The notes under the pieces: model-generated | Seen by the model: only the letters and a program-made list of their open reading frames with translations | What the model was told of the DNA's origin: nothing | Databases searched by the model: none | Source of the DNA: Dimorphilus gyrociliatus | Lineage: Eukaryota; Animalia; Annelida | NCBI GenBank assembly: GCA_904063045.1 | Contig: CAJFCJ010000001.1 | Location: 1,922,001-1,986,000 of the forward strand | Direction of reading: 5' to 3' | DNA: 64,000 bases | Translations under genes and position numbers: made by a program | Part shown: one piece after another, positions 1 through 12,892 of the stretch | How the letters are laid out: each line of letters begins with the position of its first letter | How positions within the stretch are numbered: position 1 is the stretch's first letter

Positions 1-2017
1 TAAAAAAATACAAATAGATGAAAAGCCTCCAAAAAGAATTCTAGTAGAAAAGCCAAAAAGAATTTATTTTCTAATTTAGTTTCGTTTTGGGGAAAAAAGC
101 AAAAATAATCCAAACGGATATATATTGCTTATTCACATCACGAAAAACGTTTTCTCAAGCCTATCCGTATTTTATTTAATTAACAGTTTTTTGAATAGCT
201 ATAAGACTAGTAAAAAACAAGATAATGTTATAAAAATAGGAGAATAATTGACTTGGTATACTTAATATTGTAGTTATGAATTAATTAAATACAATGAAGA
301 AGTCTTAATTTCGTCTGTTTGGAATAGACAATAATATACTTCTACAGAGAAATACATTTACCCAAATTTTTCATCGATATGGCTAATCTCGAGAACCTTC
401 AAGAGGCCTATATATCTATTAGATTTTCTTTAGATCCGATAGGAATCGTTCGTTCTAAGAATATTTCACTAAATTTGCAAATTTTGAGGAAAGAGTACTT
501 TTCTCACCTTTTTTCTTCTTTTGTCAATCAATCTAATAATAAATTCAATTGAAGTTGGATTTTTTTCCCGTCTCTTGGTCTTTCCTTCATCGTCTCTTCT
601 GGTAGTCCTCAACTTGATATTACATTTCTTCTGTTCAGTTAACTGTTAGATTTCATCGATTGGATTTCAGCTGTGTTATCAGTTCTATGACATTCCCTTT
701 TAAAGGCGAATAATCCGTAAAAAAAGTTCATCCTATTTCATTCCTAAGTAATAAACTAGAGTAGAATACGCTATTTATCATAAGAGAAGATTATCCAGAT
801 CTTTTCCAAGATGTATCAAGTAGAACGCTAGTGGTCTTAGTTTTTTAATTTTTGTTTGAGTCTTAGATTTTTAGTAATTGTAGAATAAAGCTGTTCATCT
901 TATTCCTTCTCTATGCCAAAAAGAATCATATTCTATTTGGTAAAACTTTTGGTTAACCGGTTAATCTACAAACAAGTAGACTTAATAAAGCAATTTTTTA
1001 GGTTTAATTTGTATTTAATGAAACTTCTCTTCTTTCCTCCTACGGTTTATATAACAATGGTTAATTGCAAATTTCTAGTGAACTTCTATCAATGAAATCC
1101 GATTAGTAGAAAGGAAAACTATTTGTCACGTTCCACGAAATTTAGCGGAATAAGCTCCGTATTTCTCTTCACGGGTAAATAATACTTCTAGTCTAGTCGA
1201 AACGAAGTGTTGCAATTATTGTGTTAAGACATCGTTTATGCATCACGTTACAGTGATTTCAGGCCTACCTTATAGTTATTATAATAAAATCGAATAAAGC
1301 ATCTTTCGCAAAGAAAAAAAGTGTTGTTGTTGATAGGTTCAGCCAAATTTCAGAGTTTATTGAAGAGGTTTGTTTAAGCAACTTATAATTTAAAGAATAT
1401 AGGAAAGAATATTAATCCTTTCCCGGAAGAGTTCCTTCATATTTCGGCCTTTGCAACGCCACCTATGCAGATCTTAGTGAGCAGTTTTACAAGACTGTGA
1501 ACTTACGTTGGTGGTCTAGGAACTGTTAACGAACAACATAGAGGTAAATCTTTTCTTAAGAAATTACAGTTATAGTCTATGAAGTTGATAAGTATAATAT
1601 TTAAGAGAGCTTAATATATAATACGATATCATAAGAGTGCAAACAATACTTTTCTGGAGCATAAATGTAATTATCTCGGAAACAAAAAACCAATTGAAAG
1701 TCACCAATTTGAGCTAATTGTCAACTTTTCCTGGAAAAAGTTATGGCTTCTGTGATTAGCGATAAAACATTGTTACTGTGAAATATAGGAAAGGCAGCAT
1801 AAGAATCATTTTTAAACATTTTCAAAGTATTTAACTAATATATTTATAATATAATATATACTATATACTGCAAAAAGATTCTTCCTTTCAAACTATTATT
1901 GCCTAAATGAGAATACTTGAACCATATCTATGTATTCTTTTTTAGAACGTTCTAAACGGATACTATTTCTATTGCAGATATTATTACAGGTTTACTGACT
2001 TGACGAATACAGACAAA

Positions 2018-3312
2018 ATGGCAGACACAAATATGTCAAATGAAAATCCACAATTTCAAAATTTTCGTTCAAATATCCAAATGCAACCTCGAGTTAGTTT
2101 ATTTTTTATTTCTTTATTCTTACATATTAATTAAAGATTATCAACTAAAAAAAGATGTTTAGTTTTAGAATCGGAGTTTAGAGATGCTACCAAGTATCTT
2201 ACTTTTCATTTTATTGTATATATCAAAGCCACATCAATAAATATACTTCCAAACATGTCAAAATCTATCAGATAAAGATAATTCTTATGAAATAAGAACA
2301 TTTTAATATAACTTTATAGGGAGCTGGTAGTCCTAATTTGGAAGGTTATCCCCTAAGAAATACAAAGTATAACGGAAAAGCTTCTAAAATTCTTGGAATT
2401 TTGCAACTAGTTTTTGCAATTACGGCAATTATTCCAAACTCGATTATCATTACTATGACAGCAAACAGTTTCGAGTATCCCGCTCTACATAGAATTGGAG
2501 CAGCATTTTGGTCTGGAGTCCCATTCGTAATTGCCGCCATTCTTGGTATTGTTGCCGCAAAAAAGAAACAAACTTGCCCTGTAAGCCCCTCAATTTAATT
2601 CTAAATTAAGAATATAATATTATGACTGATGCTAACAGATTGTTGGATTTATGGCTATGTCAATAATATCAGCTGTCTTCTCTGTCGTACTACTCACAAT
2701 AGGAATTGTTGGCATCGCTGCTATATATGACGAAAGTTATGAATTAGAATATAGATATAATACTGATTTTATGACCTTATTGAACAAAAACTTTGTAAAT
2801 ATATTTTATCTTCATTTCCTTTATTTTCATATATTATCTAAATAATGAATTTTTTGATTATTTTCACTAGAATATCGTAATAATAATGTATATCTTTCTG
2901 ATATTGTCCGCACTGGGTGAGGGCATTACTTGTATAGTTTCTGCAGCAATATGCTGCAAGGCTGTCTGTTGCTGTCACCAGGTTAGGACAATAACAATCA
3001 AACGATTGAATAATTTTAGAAATTCATCTAAAATCATTCACAACAGGGAATTTCAGATATTCTATACGGTCAACCATACTATAATCGATTACCAGACGAA
3101 AGACACGTTATTCCAGCTCTCTCATCGGTAAAGTATAAGTATAAGATGACTGAATTTTTTTTTATTTCATTTTCCCGATTCATTGGAATCTCTAGGAGCC
3201 AAGACAAATACCGGTATCCAACTTGGAGCAGGGTACATCCCCGGGCAATACATTACCTGGTTCTCCAGTTTGCGCTGATGTAACCCATCTAATATCAACC
3301 GAAAATTGCTAG
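2018..3312 (+). CDS. MS4A/CD20-like four-transmembrane protein (spliced)
   Basis: ATG at 2018 (MADTNMSNE). Hydrophobic exons KILGILQLVFAITA, GAAFWSGVPFVIAAILGIVAA, IVGFMAMSIISAVFSVVLLTIG and EGITCIVSAAICCKAVCCC match the CD20/MS4A topology with its FWSG motif and Cys cluster. Stop TAG at 3310-3312. One or two internal exon boundaries are uncertain. Confidence 0.75.
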
Positions 3313-3504
3313 CTTTGAATGGAAAAATTCGAAAGATTTAGCTAAAGGAATTCTTGAAGTCTCCCTAATTTTTTTTCATTTTCCTATAAAGATCCTACTT
3401 ATTGTGGAAAATAATAGAACTTATCAAACTTTTAAATTTAATATTACGCTTCAATTCTTATTAAACTTGACCTAATTATTAGAAGTCAAGGTGTTTTTAT
3501 TGTA

Positions 3505-5771
3505 CTAATATCGGTCAATAGCTTTAGAGCATCTTAGCCAAGCTCTTGAATTGCTTCTCGTTCCGCCAACGAAGTTATATGTTCTCAAATCAACAGTGCG
3601 ATAACTAGATGAGAAAAAAAGGATTTAGAAAATATTATCAAATGTAATTATCACGTGATTGAAAACAGTAAGCATTTAACTCACCTTTTACCACTGAATA
3701 AGAACAAATGATCAGGAAATGAAGCAGATATCAAAGCAGCAGTGGGAGTCCTATTCATAAAAGACCATCTACTCCTTGAATACTTCCTCCTACCCTCGAC
3801 TCTTCTTGTAATTGTATTGAACTCAAAATAGATGGAGCTCTAGAAAAAAAAAATAGATAATCTTATAATTCAGCTAGCAAGCAATTTACGGAGCCTCTGG
3901 TCTTCATCAAGATAGCCGTATTTCTTTTTTCGGGATCCATAAATGCAGCATAGGTCGTAAAGCTCAATTTCTTCTTTTCTATCAATCTTTTCCTATAAAC
4001 ATCGTACGTGAAAAGAGTTTTCACTGAAAAAGATTGTAAATCGTCAAATGTTATTTACAAAGAGGATAAACAATATTTCCATTTCATTTACTAACAGCTC
4101 GTTAGAAATAAGTAGCCTAAATCTCTATCATAGAAGGCACTGAACATTTTCTTGCTTGGAAGCCCCGGAAAATAGCGCTGCAGAGTTGATCTTTGCTCTA
4201 AGGCACCGTCATAAGAATCTAGACGCCAAACATATCTGCCAACAAAAGCGAAAATATCTTCATAGCTTTCCCCGTATACTGGAACTAAAGATAAGAAATG
4301 AAAATATATTACATAACTTATTGTATTTACAGCTACAAACCTTGAACTATGGAATCGAATCTCGAATATCTATCACAATCTTTAGGATTCAAACGTCCAC
4401 TAGGCTGAGTTGGAACAACAGGTGGCTTGGTTGGTTTGGGGGGATTTGGTCCGTTTGGTCCTCCTGTGTGAGGAATTTGAGAATTTTTAGCACAAATGCA
4501 TTTAAAAATAACTTGTACCGTATAATCTCTGAATTCTGTAAATATCGTCGCCATCCAATTGAAAGTTGAAACCTTCGGGTGGAGTTCCTCTAGAAGGATA
4601 CATAACGGCTCCTTCAACGCTTGAATGGGTTAGCCCTAAATTGTGACCTAATTCATGAACAAGTGTCATAATAGTTCCAGTCTCTTTCTCAACATCCCTC
4701 CAACTTTCTTCGTCGTCCATATGTAAACGTCCGTCATCTGGATAGAAGGCATGAGCTAAGACTCCACCTGTAATAAGAATGACTTATAAGCTATACCTTA
4801 ACATGGAATTTTTCCCACGAACCTGGTCCATCAAAATTGGCATCACCGTGAAATCTTGAAGCAAATCTAACTTTAATATCTGCCGAGTTAAGATCTGAAG
4901 ATTCTCTTGCAGTAATACCAGACACATCCGCCCAATACCTGAACGCTTTGTCAATCATTGATCTGACAAAAAAAACATCAAATCACACAAAATAATAAAA
5001 CAAATAAGTTAATTACCTCTGTGCACCTGAGGAAAATTGTCCACTGCTCTGTTCCAAGAACCATGTAAAGTGTTTTTTACCACCAGACCAAGGGCTATCT
5101 ATTAAACATGAAAAGACCTATACTAAAAAGTAAGAATTCAGCCTATACCCATTTAATTAAGCTAGTGAATCCAAAGGGAAAAATGGATATAAAATACTTT
5201 TTTCTTCCCCATTTTAAATATTTTTTAGCTAGTCATAAATTATTTATCCAATTACCAGTTTAATAAATATGGAGTGAAAAGCAGAGCCGAAAGCTTTACC
5301 TTGTCTCGTTGCAAAAGCTATTCGTCTTTTATCCACGTTACCTTCACCAAAATCAGCCATTCCACATCTTTTCGAATTCATTTTTCTACTTGTAACTGCA
5401 TCCAATTTTCCAGTTTGAGGAATATGCATCATAGCTTGAAATTTCCTTATTAGTGGAAATTATCTATAATTTGTATTAACAAAAAAAAAGGATTATATAA
5501 CTAACTTAACACCCCGTTCGAATGTATTTTTATCCAAACCGGTTCCAGTTGGTGGTTTTTCAGCATAACCAAACTGAATAAGAAAACCCTATATTAAAAA
5601 AAATGTTATATTTATTTAAAATTCATAATAGATGAACTATATAACGGTTCTACTAATTAATTATATAGAATATAGGACAAAAATAAGTACGTATGGATCA
5701 ACTTTATTTGGTTTTGGTTCGCAGAAGACCAATATTACAGCTGAAATAGCTATTGATACCGTAAGCTTCAT
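3505..5771 (-). CDS. Matrix metalloproteinase (M10A), secreted, with hemopexin domain
   Basis: Signal peptide MKLTVSIAISAVILVFC; cysteine switch KRCGMAD; FHGDANFDGPGGVLAHAFYP; zinc motif HELGHNLGLTH; Met-turn AVMYP; Pro-rich hinge; hemopexin-like exons ending RAWLRCSKAIDRY*. Confidence 0.95.
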
Positions 5772-6649
5772 TCTTCTATGGAACTTAGGAAAATCTCATC
5801 AAAAGTAACAAACAGAGACTAAATAACACACTCTTTGTTGAAAATTTGCTTGTATATAGTTTCGGTACATTATTTGTACGCTTATATATAAATATCTCCT
5901 AAGGTAGGCCTTGGTTGCATATCCTGAATCCTTAGGCTTAGGTAAACCTGCTAGAGGTCTGAAAATTTTTTTTAGCTTAACTAGTTATAATGAATTAACA
6001 ACTATGTTTATAGTAATTTTTGCAAATTCATCAAATTTCCGGCTATTATCGCAATAAAAGTGTTTGTTTTGGTAGTGAGAGTACCTAACTAATTTTACAA
6101 ACTACGCATGCAATTTTTAATCTTGTAATTGAATGAATGATTTATAGTAGTGACGATAAATTCTTAGTTAATTTTTTTTATCATTTATACAAGTTTTAAT
6201 GAATTAAATAAGATGTTTAAATATAAATTGTTGAACGTCGCAGAGGAAATATTAAAGATTTTTCCCACAACAAATTATTAGGAAAATAAATAAGAGACTT
6301 AAAGTTTACACTACGTTGTTTATAATAAAAAATACTATGCTAAAACACATTTTTGATTAAAAGTATATTTTATTAAATTCAAAATATAGTTCGTGAGTAT
6401 GGCTACGTGCTGCGCTTCGATTGTACCTAGTATTTATTGTCGATGAACTTCAGCCTATTTAATTGCCTATTAAGTGAATAAACATTTTATTTTACAATCA
6501 AAATTTTAAGTAAAGAATCAAAGCTGTCGATTAAAATATTTTTATTTGGTTGGCAGTATTTTCTAGAAGTCCCAATTGTGATTTTTTTATATGTTTGTTA
6601 AAACATTTTTGCATACCTACGAAAATGCGTGAATGAAAATAGTTTAATA

Positions 6650-9600
6650 ATGGCGCCGCATAGAAACGGCAAACTACTTTTAAAAATTTTTTATTCTTGC
6701 TCATTTTTATATCTTTTAGTGGAATCACGCCTTGAGACTCAATATCAGAAACCGAGTGATTGTAAAAATGGACCGCAAGATCTGGTTCATGAAATATTTG
6801 ATATATCCAGTTTAAAATGTACAAGGTGCAGCCGTCCATTTCCTGAACAAATTGCCAGCAGCGATAGTTAGTTTAATTATATCATTGAAATAATAGAATA
6901 AATAAATAATATACTTCTTTAGAGTTAAGATGTGTCTGTGGGCCCGGCTATAAGTACAAAAAGAACTTTAATAATCTGAATATTGAGTGTGAAAAGTGTC
7001 CTGGAACTGACATAGCATCTTTTTCTGGTTGGGAATGTGTAAATTGTGCTGTCAACCCAAAGGCAGAAGAATGTCTATGCCCCAAAGAAGATAGAAAAAT
7101 AACGGTAGAGAAAACAATAACAGGAGAATTTTTTGACAACAAGAACGATAGATCTTGTAAAACTTGTGCAGACCAAACTCGGCCAGATAATACTGGAAAG
7201 AAATGCGAAAGATGCACAGATATTCTACAAAACGATTTCACAAGTGACAACAAAAAAACGTGCAATTGTCCTACAGACGTAATAATTTAATATTTAATAT
7301 TTTCTTTATCCTTAGTACAAGTTCTGATTGTTATAATTTTTTTTAGAATCAAGCCAATGGAGTTTGTATAGGTTCTGCAGCAGATATTCCGGATCGTGAT
7401 ACAGCTTTAACGGAAGTAAAATATGGAGTAAGTAGAACTGACTTTCATTTTATATTATAATATTATTGTTTTAATGGTTTATTTTTAAATCAGAGTGAGA
7501 CGATTTCTTCTAATTTCTTCGCCTCGAATATTTTGTCAGCGGTGGCTTTATGTTCGGTAAAATTTAAATATATTTAACTCACGGATTTTAGATTTAATGC
7601 TATTTTCTATTTTTACCCAAACTTTTTAAAGGGAAAGTATGGCAATTTAACTGCTTGTCAAGTAGTTGGAAATCTTTGTTCTATGATCCTTCATAAATTG
7701 AACGATAATCCTAATGCATGTACGGAATATGTTAGATTACGCGGGAATACTCCAGGAGAAGGAGATTGGTAAATTATTTAATAAGTGGATCATTAATAGG
7801 ATATGAATTGTATATATTTTTTTTACATATTATCTAGGAAAACCAATTTGCCAATGTTATACTATTCACTCAAAGCTACTGATGTATTAACTACTACACA
7901 AATTACAACTTCATTTACATTTCCAAACACTCAAATGCCTTTTATCGTTACGAAATATCATACCAATGGAACATTTCTAGGAATGGGACCAGTTACTGGT
8001 GGTTTACTACAACTATGTAAGCAACATATTTCGTGGTTAGATGCTGCCTATAACTTTGGAACGGATTTTACTCAAACGGTTGATAATTACATAATAACAA
8101 TTAAAGTGTAATTAACTAATGATATTTGTTTCTTCTTTCAGTGTCAAATTCCGGTTAAGGATCTGCTTGATTCACCTCAGTACGAAACTATATTTTACGA
8201 CTTATGTGAGTAATTTGTATCTAATTGTTTTATGGTGTAGACGTTAATTATTTCTCATATAACCATTATAGTTTTAGAATTCGAAAAGGAAGGAAAGAAA
8301 TATTTATTCAGCGTTCCAAGTCTTGTTGAAGATTTTGAAGATAGTAATGGTCAAAAACCGAATACTGGTTCTCAGGAGGATGATTGGAAATTGACTAGAC
8401 GATTCTTCTTAGTTGATAGAGTTAGTGGATATGAAGAAATACGTGTAAATGAAAATGATCAACAAGGTACTGGTCCAGCGTCTCCATCTTCACAGCAAAA
8501 TAATAATAGACGGCAAAAGGCAATTCGATATGCTAAGAGTTTAACTTTGACCGTAAGATTACAAGATGTAAGCAACAAAGAGGGTAAAATCTACCCTCCA
8601 TTTTTAAAGATAAAATATGATCATGTGCTTGAGGAAGACTTCGAAAATGGAAAAGTCGAAGTCTCTTTCAATGTCGTTTACGAAATGAACACAAACTCTT
8701 ATAGAACGGGCATGAGAATCTCAATAGCAGTCTTAAGTAGTCTAGCCATAGTCTATGCGTTCTTTCAAACTTGGAATTGGTATAAAAGATCAGGAAGAAT
8801 AAATTGTGATTTCTTCAGTTTAATAAAGATTGTACTATACAGTTTTGGATCTGTTGGAAATGCATTGTTTGCGGTAGCTCTAGGATCATCATTCTATTGG
8901 GTTGTCACTTTTAAGGTAAGGGGGATAGTGGAAAAAAAAACCATATTACACTTACATAAAAAATCCTCCACTCCTGAAATAATATTTGTTCTCCTAATAG
9001 AATCAAAGCGCTGTAACGCTCCTCCCTCCAACCTCAGATCAAGAAACAACGTTTGTTATTTGTATGGTATTGGCGTTTGTCTTCAAGCTACTCGACCTAT
9101 TTCATTTGATCTACGTTCAAGTAAGTTGAAAATACATGCATTATTGGAGACTTTAACTTTAGACTGCTTCTTCTATTTCTTAATAGTCTAGCATTGATAT
9201 ATTTTGTATCGATTGGGAAAGACCAAAGAAAGAGGGTGAATCGATATCAATCTGGAGAACTTACTTTGTTGCTAACGAATGGAATGAGTTACAAACATTC
9301 CGTAAAACTTCGACAACCTTCCAGCTTATATTAACTATCTTCTTCCTCCATGTAGTTGGTTTTGAAAATTTAGCTAGTAAAGACCCAAAAAGTAGATACA
9401 ATCCCTCAGACGAAGATTATGTTAGTGAAAATTCAAGATTATTCCGTTTTGCCATAGGTGGCGCTGTCTATTTGGTCATTGCCATCTCTCAATGGCTTAT
9501 TTATGTAATATTTTATCAACGTTTTATTGAGGACAAGATCCGACAATATGTAGATTTTTGTTCTCTATCTAATGTTAGTCTGTTTATACTCGAAAATGAT

Positions 9601-10462
9601 TTGTTCGGATATTATATTCATGGAAGATCTCCCCATGGGCGGGCCGATGCTACTCTCAAGGAAATGTATGAATTTTTAGATGCTGAAAGAAACGATAAAT
9701 GCCCAAAAAGGGGTATAGATGTAAACGGGGATCAACAGACATTCCAAATAGCAATTCCAAGAGCTCTGAAAGACGAATACGACCGCCTAACTCAAGACCT
9801 AGCTAAAAGGGTAATTATCTTTAATTAATTTATTTATTTGATAAGATTACTGTTTGTATTTTATTCCAAACAGTTAAATTCAATACAAACTAACGATAAG
9901 AACCAGAGGCAATTTCAATCGGATTTAATGGCTGTGGAGACATATACATCAGTTAATAAACTACTACAATCATTTATTAGTGGCGTAAGTTAACAAATCA
10001 TTTTTACTATTTGTGTCATTGCATCATTAATAACAAAAACTATTTACAAAATTGTAGGATAGAACGGATATAACATACTCGGGACCACAGCGTAAAACGT
10101 TTGTAGAGGGTCTATTAAACATCGAATTGAATGATACAACACATAATGGCATATTTTATGAGGACGATGGTCATTCTTTCGACTCAGTCTTATTTTTTGG
10201 TAACGAAACAACATTAGTTATTTTCGAACTATTGTTATTTAACCTGGTCGACTTTATTGCGCGCAATTTCGTATTGGCCGCATTTGTAACCTACATTGTT
10301 ATACACGTAAGTAGAAAAAAAACCTAAAATATCTTTAATATTCAATTTATCCTTTCACTATCCTCTTTCTTCTTTAAACAGTTAATCGCTATGATAAGAG
10401 AAAGTACCAGTAGCTCCAATTTGGCGAAGAAGACTCTAGTTGACAAACGTTTCCTTATATAG
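6650..10462 (+). CDS. TMEM67: Meckelin, ciliary transition-zone protein
   Basis: Cys-rich N-terminal exons; IDIFCIDWERPK; IWRTYFVANEWNELQTFRK; GYYIHGRSPHGRADATL; FYEDDGHSFDSVLFFGNE; C-terminus NLAKKTLVDKRFLI*, typical of meckelin. Confidence 0.95.
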
Positions 10463-10907
10463 AGGCTTGCAAATTCTTTCAGGTGCTTTAACTCTTTTTG
10501 TTAAACATGATGGTTTATATTTTTTACTTGTTTTTCTAAATCTTTTCAAAAAATGTCTCAAAGATATCAAAGAATTGTATTTATGTGATTTTATTAAATA
10601 TACAATATATAAGTATATTATCTATGTCTCTATGTTTTAATTAATTAACAATGCAGTTAAATTTTTAGCTTTTCCATCGTCTGGAAAGTTATTTCCCTCA
10701 TTTATTCTGTTTCTAATTCCTGCTTCACACTCCCCTTTTATCCATCTATGCCTTTATGTTTTCTCATTTCCTTTTAATTACATTATACATTTTACTAAAT
10801 TCATTTATTATTAATTGTAGAGAATCTCTTAATACTCTTTTCCTTAGTTTAAAAGCAATTAATTAATTGATTAATTAATTGATTAAAAGTAAAAGTACTT
10901 TTTTGTA

Positions 10908-12063
10908 TCATATTCTTAAATTTGAGGGAATGCTAAAATTCTTCATTAGTCTCTTTCTTCTGGTCTCAATAGGTTTTTCACGCTCACAATCAATGTTGAA
11001 ACCTTTAAATAGCATTATTTTTATATTATATATTGATGGCATATATATATATATATATTCCTTACAAATCTTATCATTGTACTCTTCTTCATCTGATATC
11101 CCTTTCGTTATTGTTTCCAGAATTTCATCCTTAATTTACATTGATTTCAATCAAATTTGTGCATATTTATTTAAAAATCGTGAAATACTAACTGTTAATA
11201 TGTACTGTTGAAATTCATTATCTTTTATTAAATGTCCAACAGATTCAATTAAAATGCTATAAACACTTAAAAAAGGGAATATAAACAATATTTTAAAACG
11301 AAAGAACACGATCAGAATAAAACAAACTAACCAAAATATGCATATCATTTGATCTTTCTGATCAATTAATCTTGTTAATTCTCCTGTTTCTTTCACAGTG
11401 CGATAATCCTGTATGTTACATATGTAATCCTTCATTGATATGTTGCTATTTAAATTCGCTATAATAATAGAGTGTATATTAAATGAACCTTTTCTAAAAC
11501 AATCAACTCTTCTATTAAGTTTTGTATCAAATTTAAAGTAAAATCTATATACTTTGTCCAAAAGGTAGATAAAACTTTTAAAAGCTCATTAGCCGTTTGT
11601 ACCACTTGACATGGAGAATTGATATTTTTCAACCAATTAATAGTACTCTTGGCTATAATCTATACATGTTGAATAGAGAGTTATTACAGATTTAATTTTA
11701 AAGTTCTATATCAATAATAACAAACCTGAAAATGGCTTTCAACCACATCGGGATCAGTTTTCAAAAGTATAATAATAATTTTTGCACTCTTACTGAACAG
11801 TTTATCATCTTTTGTCTCTGCTAAACTACTATACAGTATTTCAATTGTTTCCTAATCATATGGACAAACATAAAGAAATAAATAGTGTTTACTTGTTTCA
11901 TTGAAGAACTAACTTGACAAAATTCTTGTCGATTTAAAATTCGATTTAGTATATCAATATCTAAAGTCTTTATGAAAATATTATCAATTTATACCTTTTA
12001 AAAAACCCATAAATTACTCACTTTCGCCAAATAATCGTTGTTTTTTATAAGATTTTCATCCAT
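10908..12063 (-). CDS. Uncharacterised ~240 aa predicted all-helical protein (8 exons)
   Basis: Eight exons join through GT-AG introns with consistent phases, from ATG 12063 (MDENLIKNNDYLAK) to TGA 10908 (...NFSIPSNLRI*). No family recognised. Confidence 0.7.
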
Positions 12064-12371
12064 ATTAAAACGTTTTACAGTCTTTTAGAAGTCGAGTTAT
12101 AAAGTATCCCACTTTTTAGGTTGAAAAAAAAAAACAATGAAAATACTGTACAATGGAGAGGAAAAAAAAGACGATCATCTTTCTGAGGCCTATACATACA
12201 AATGTATATGCTAACCAAGGTTATTTTCACGATCCAAGTCCTTTTCAATATCCTTTTTATACTTTTCTATTAAAATTACCTAATTGAATAGAAGTGAAAA
12301 GTCATTATGTCAAAATCTTTCAATTATGAAAGGTTCAACGTGTTTGATTAGATTTTATCATGCTCAATAGC

Positions 12372-12420
12372 ACAACAACAACGACGACAACGACGACGAC
12401 GAAAACGACAACAACAACAA
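12372..12420. repeat. Mixed (CAA)n/(CGA)n microsatellite
   Basis: acaacaacaacgacgacaacgacgacgacgaaaacgacaacaacaacaa. Confidence 0.85.
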
Positions 12421-12892
12421 AAATAACAATCATTATACAAAGTACTGTTTTTATGTCGCTACCTTTAGTATAGTTCATAAAACTAGCAAAAAATACATTA
12501 ATTCTCTCAATATACAGTATATATTGTATAATGTATATATAGATTACAGTAATACTAATTATATATAACTTATATACAAACTATAATACTTTATGTTGTA
12601 TCTATACAAAAATTTAAACGCCATTTTTTCCACTTTCTATTACTTTGGTATAATTAAAAAAAAGCAAGCAATTACAAGCTGATCAATATAGAAGTGAGAA
12701 AAAAAATTAAAGGATAAACAGGCCTAATAAAAATTACAAATATGGCGTATGATAAATATTTTGTTTAATTTTAAAAATAAATATAAATAATAGGGATGAT
12801 GACTATAACGATAATTCTAATGATTATGATGAGTAATTAAAAGTATTCAGAATAGCTTTATAAAAAGTCTTATAATTTTATTATTGTCAAGT

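Noticed and set aside
1-1100. Coding-like, A-rich stretches on the minus strand (e.g. QLTEQKKCNIKLRTTRRDDEGKTKRREK), suggesting a decayed gene or transposon
   Set aside because: Frequent stops, no consistent splice path and no recognisable domain.
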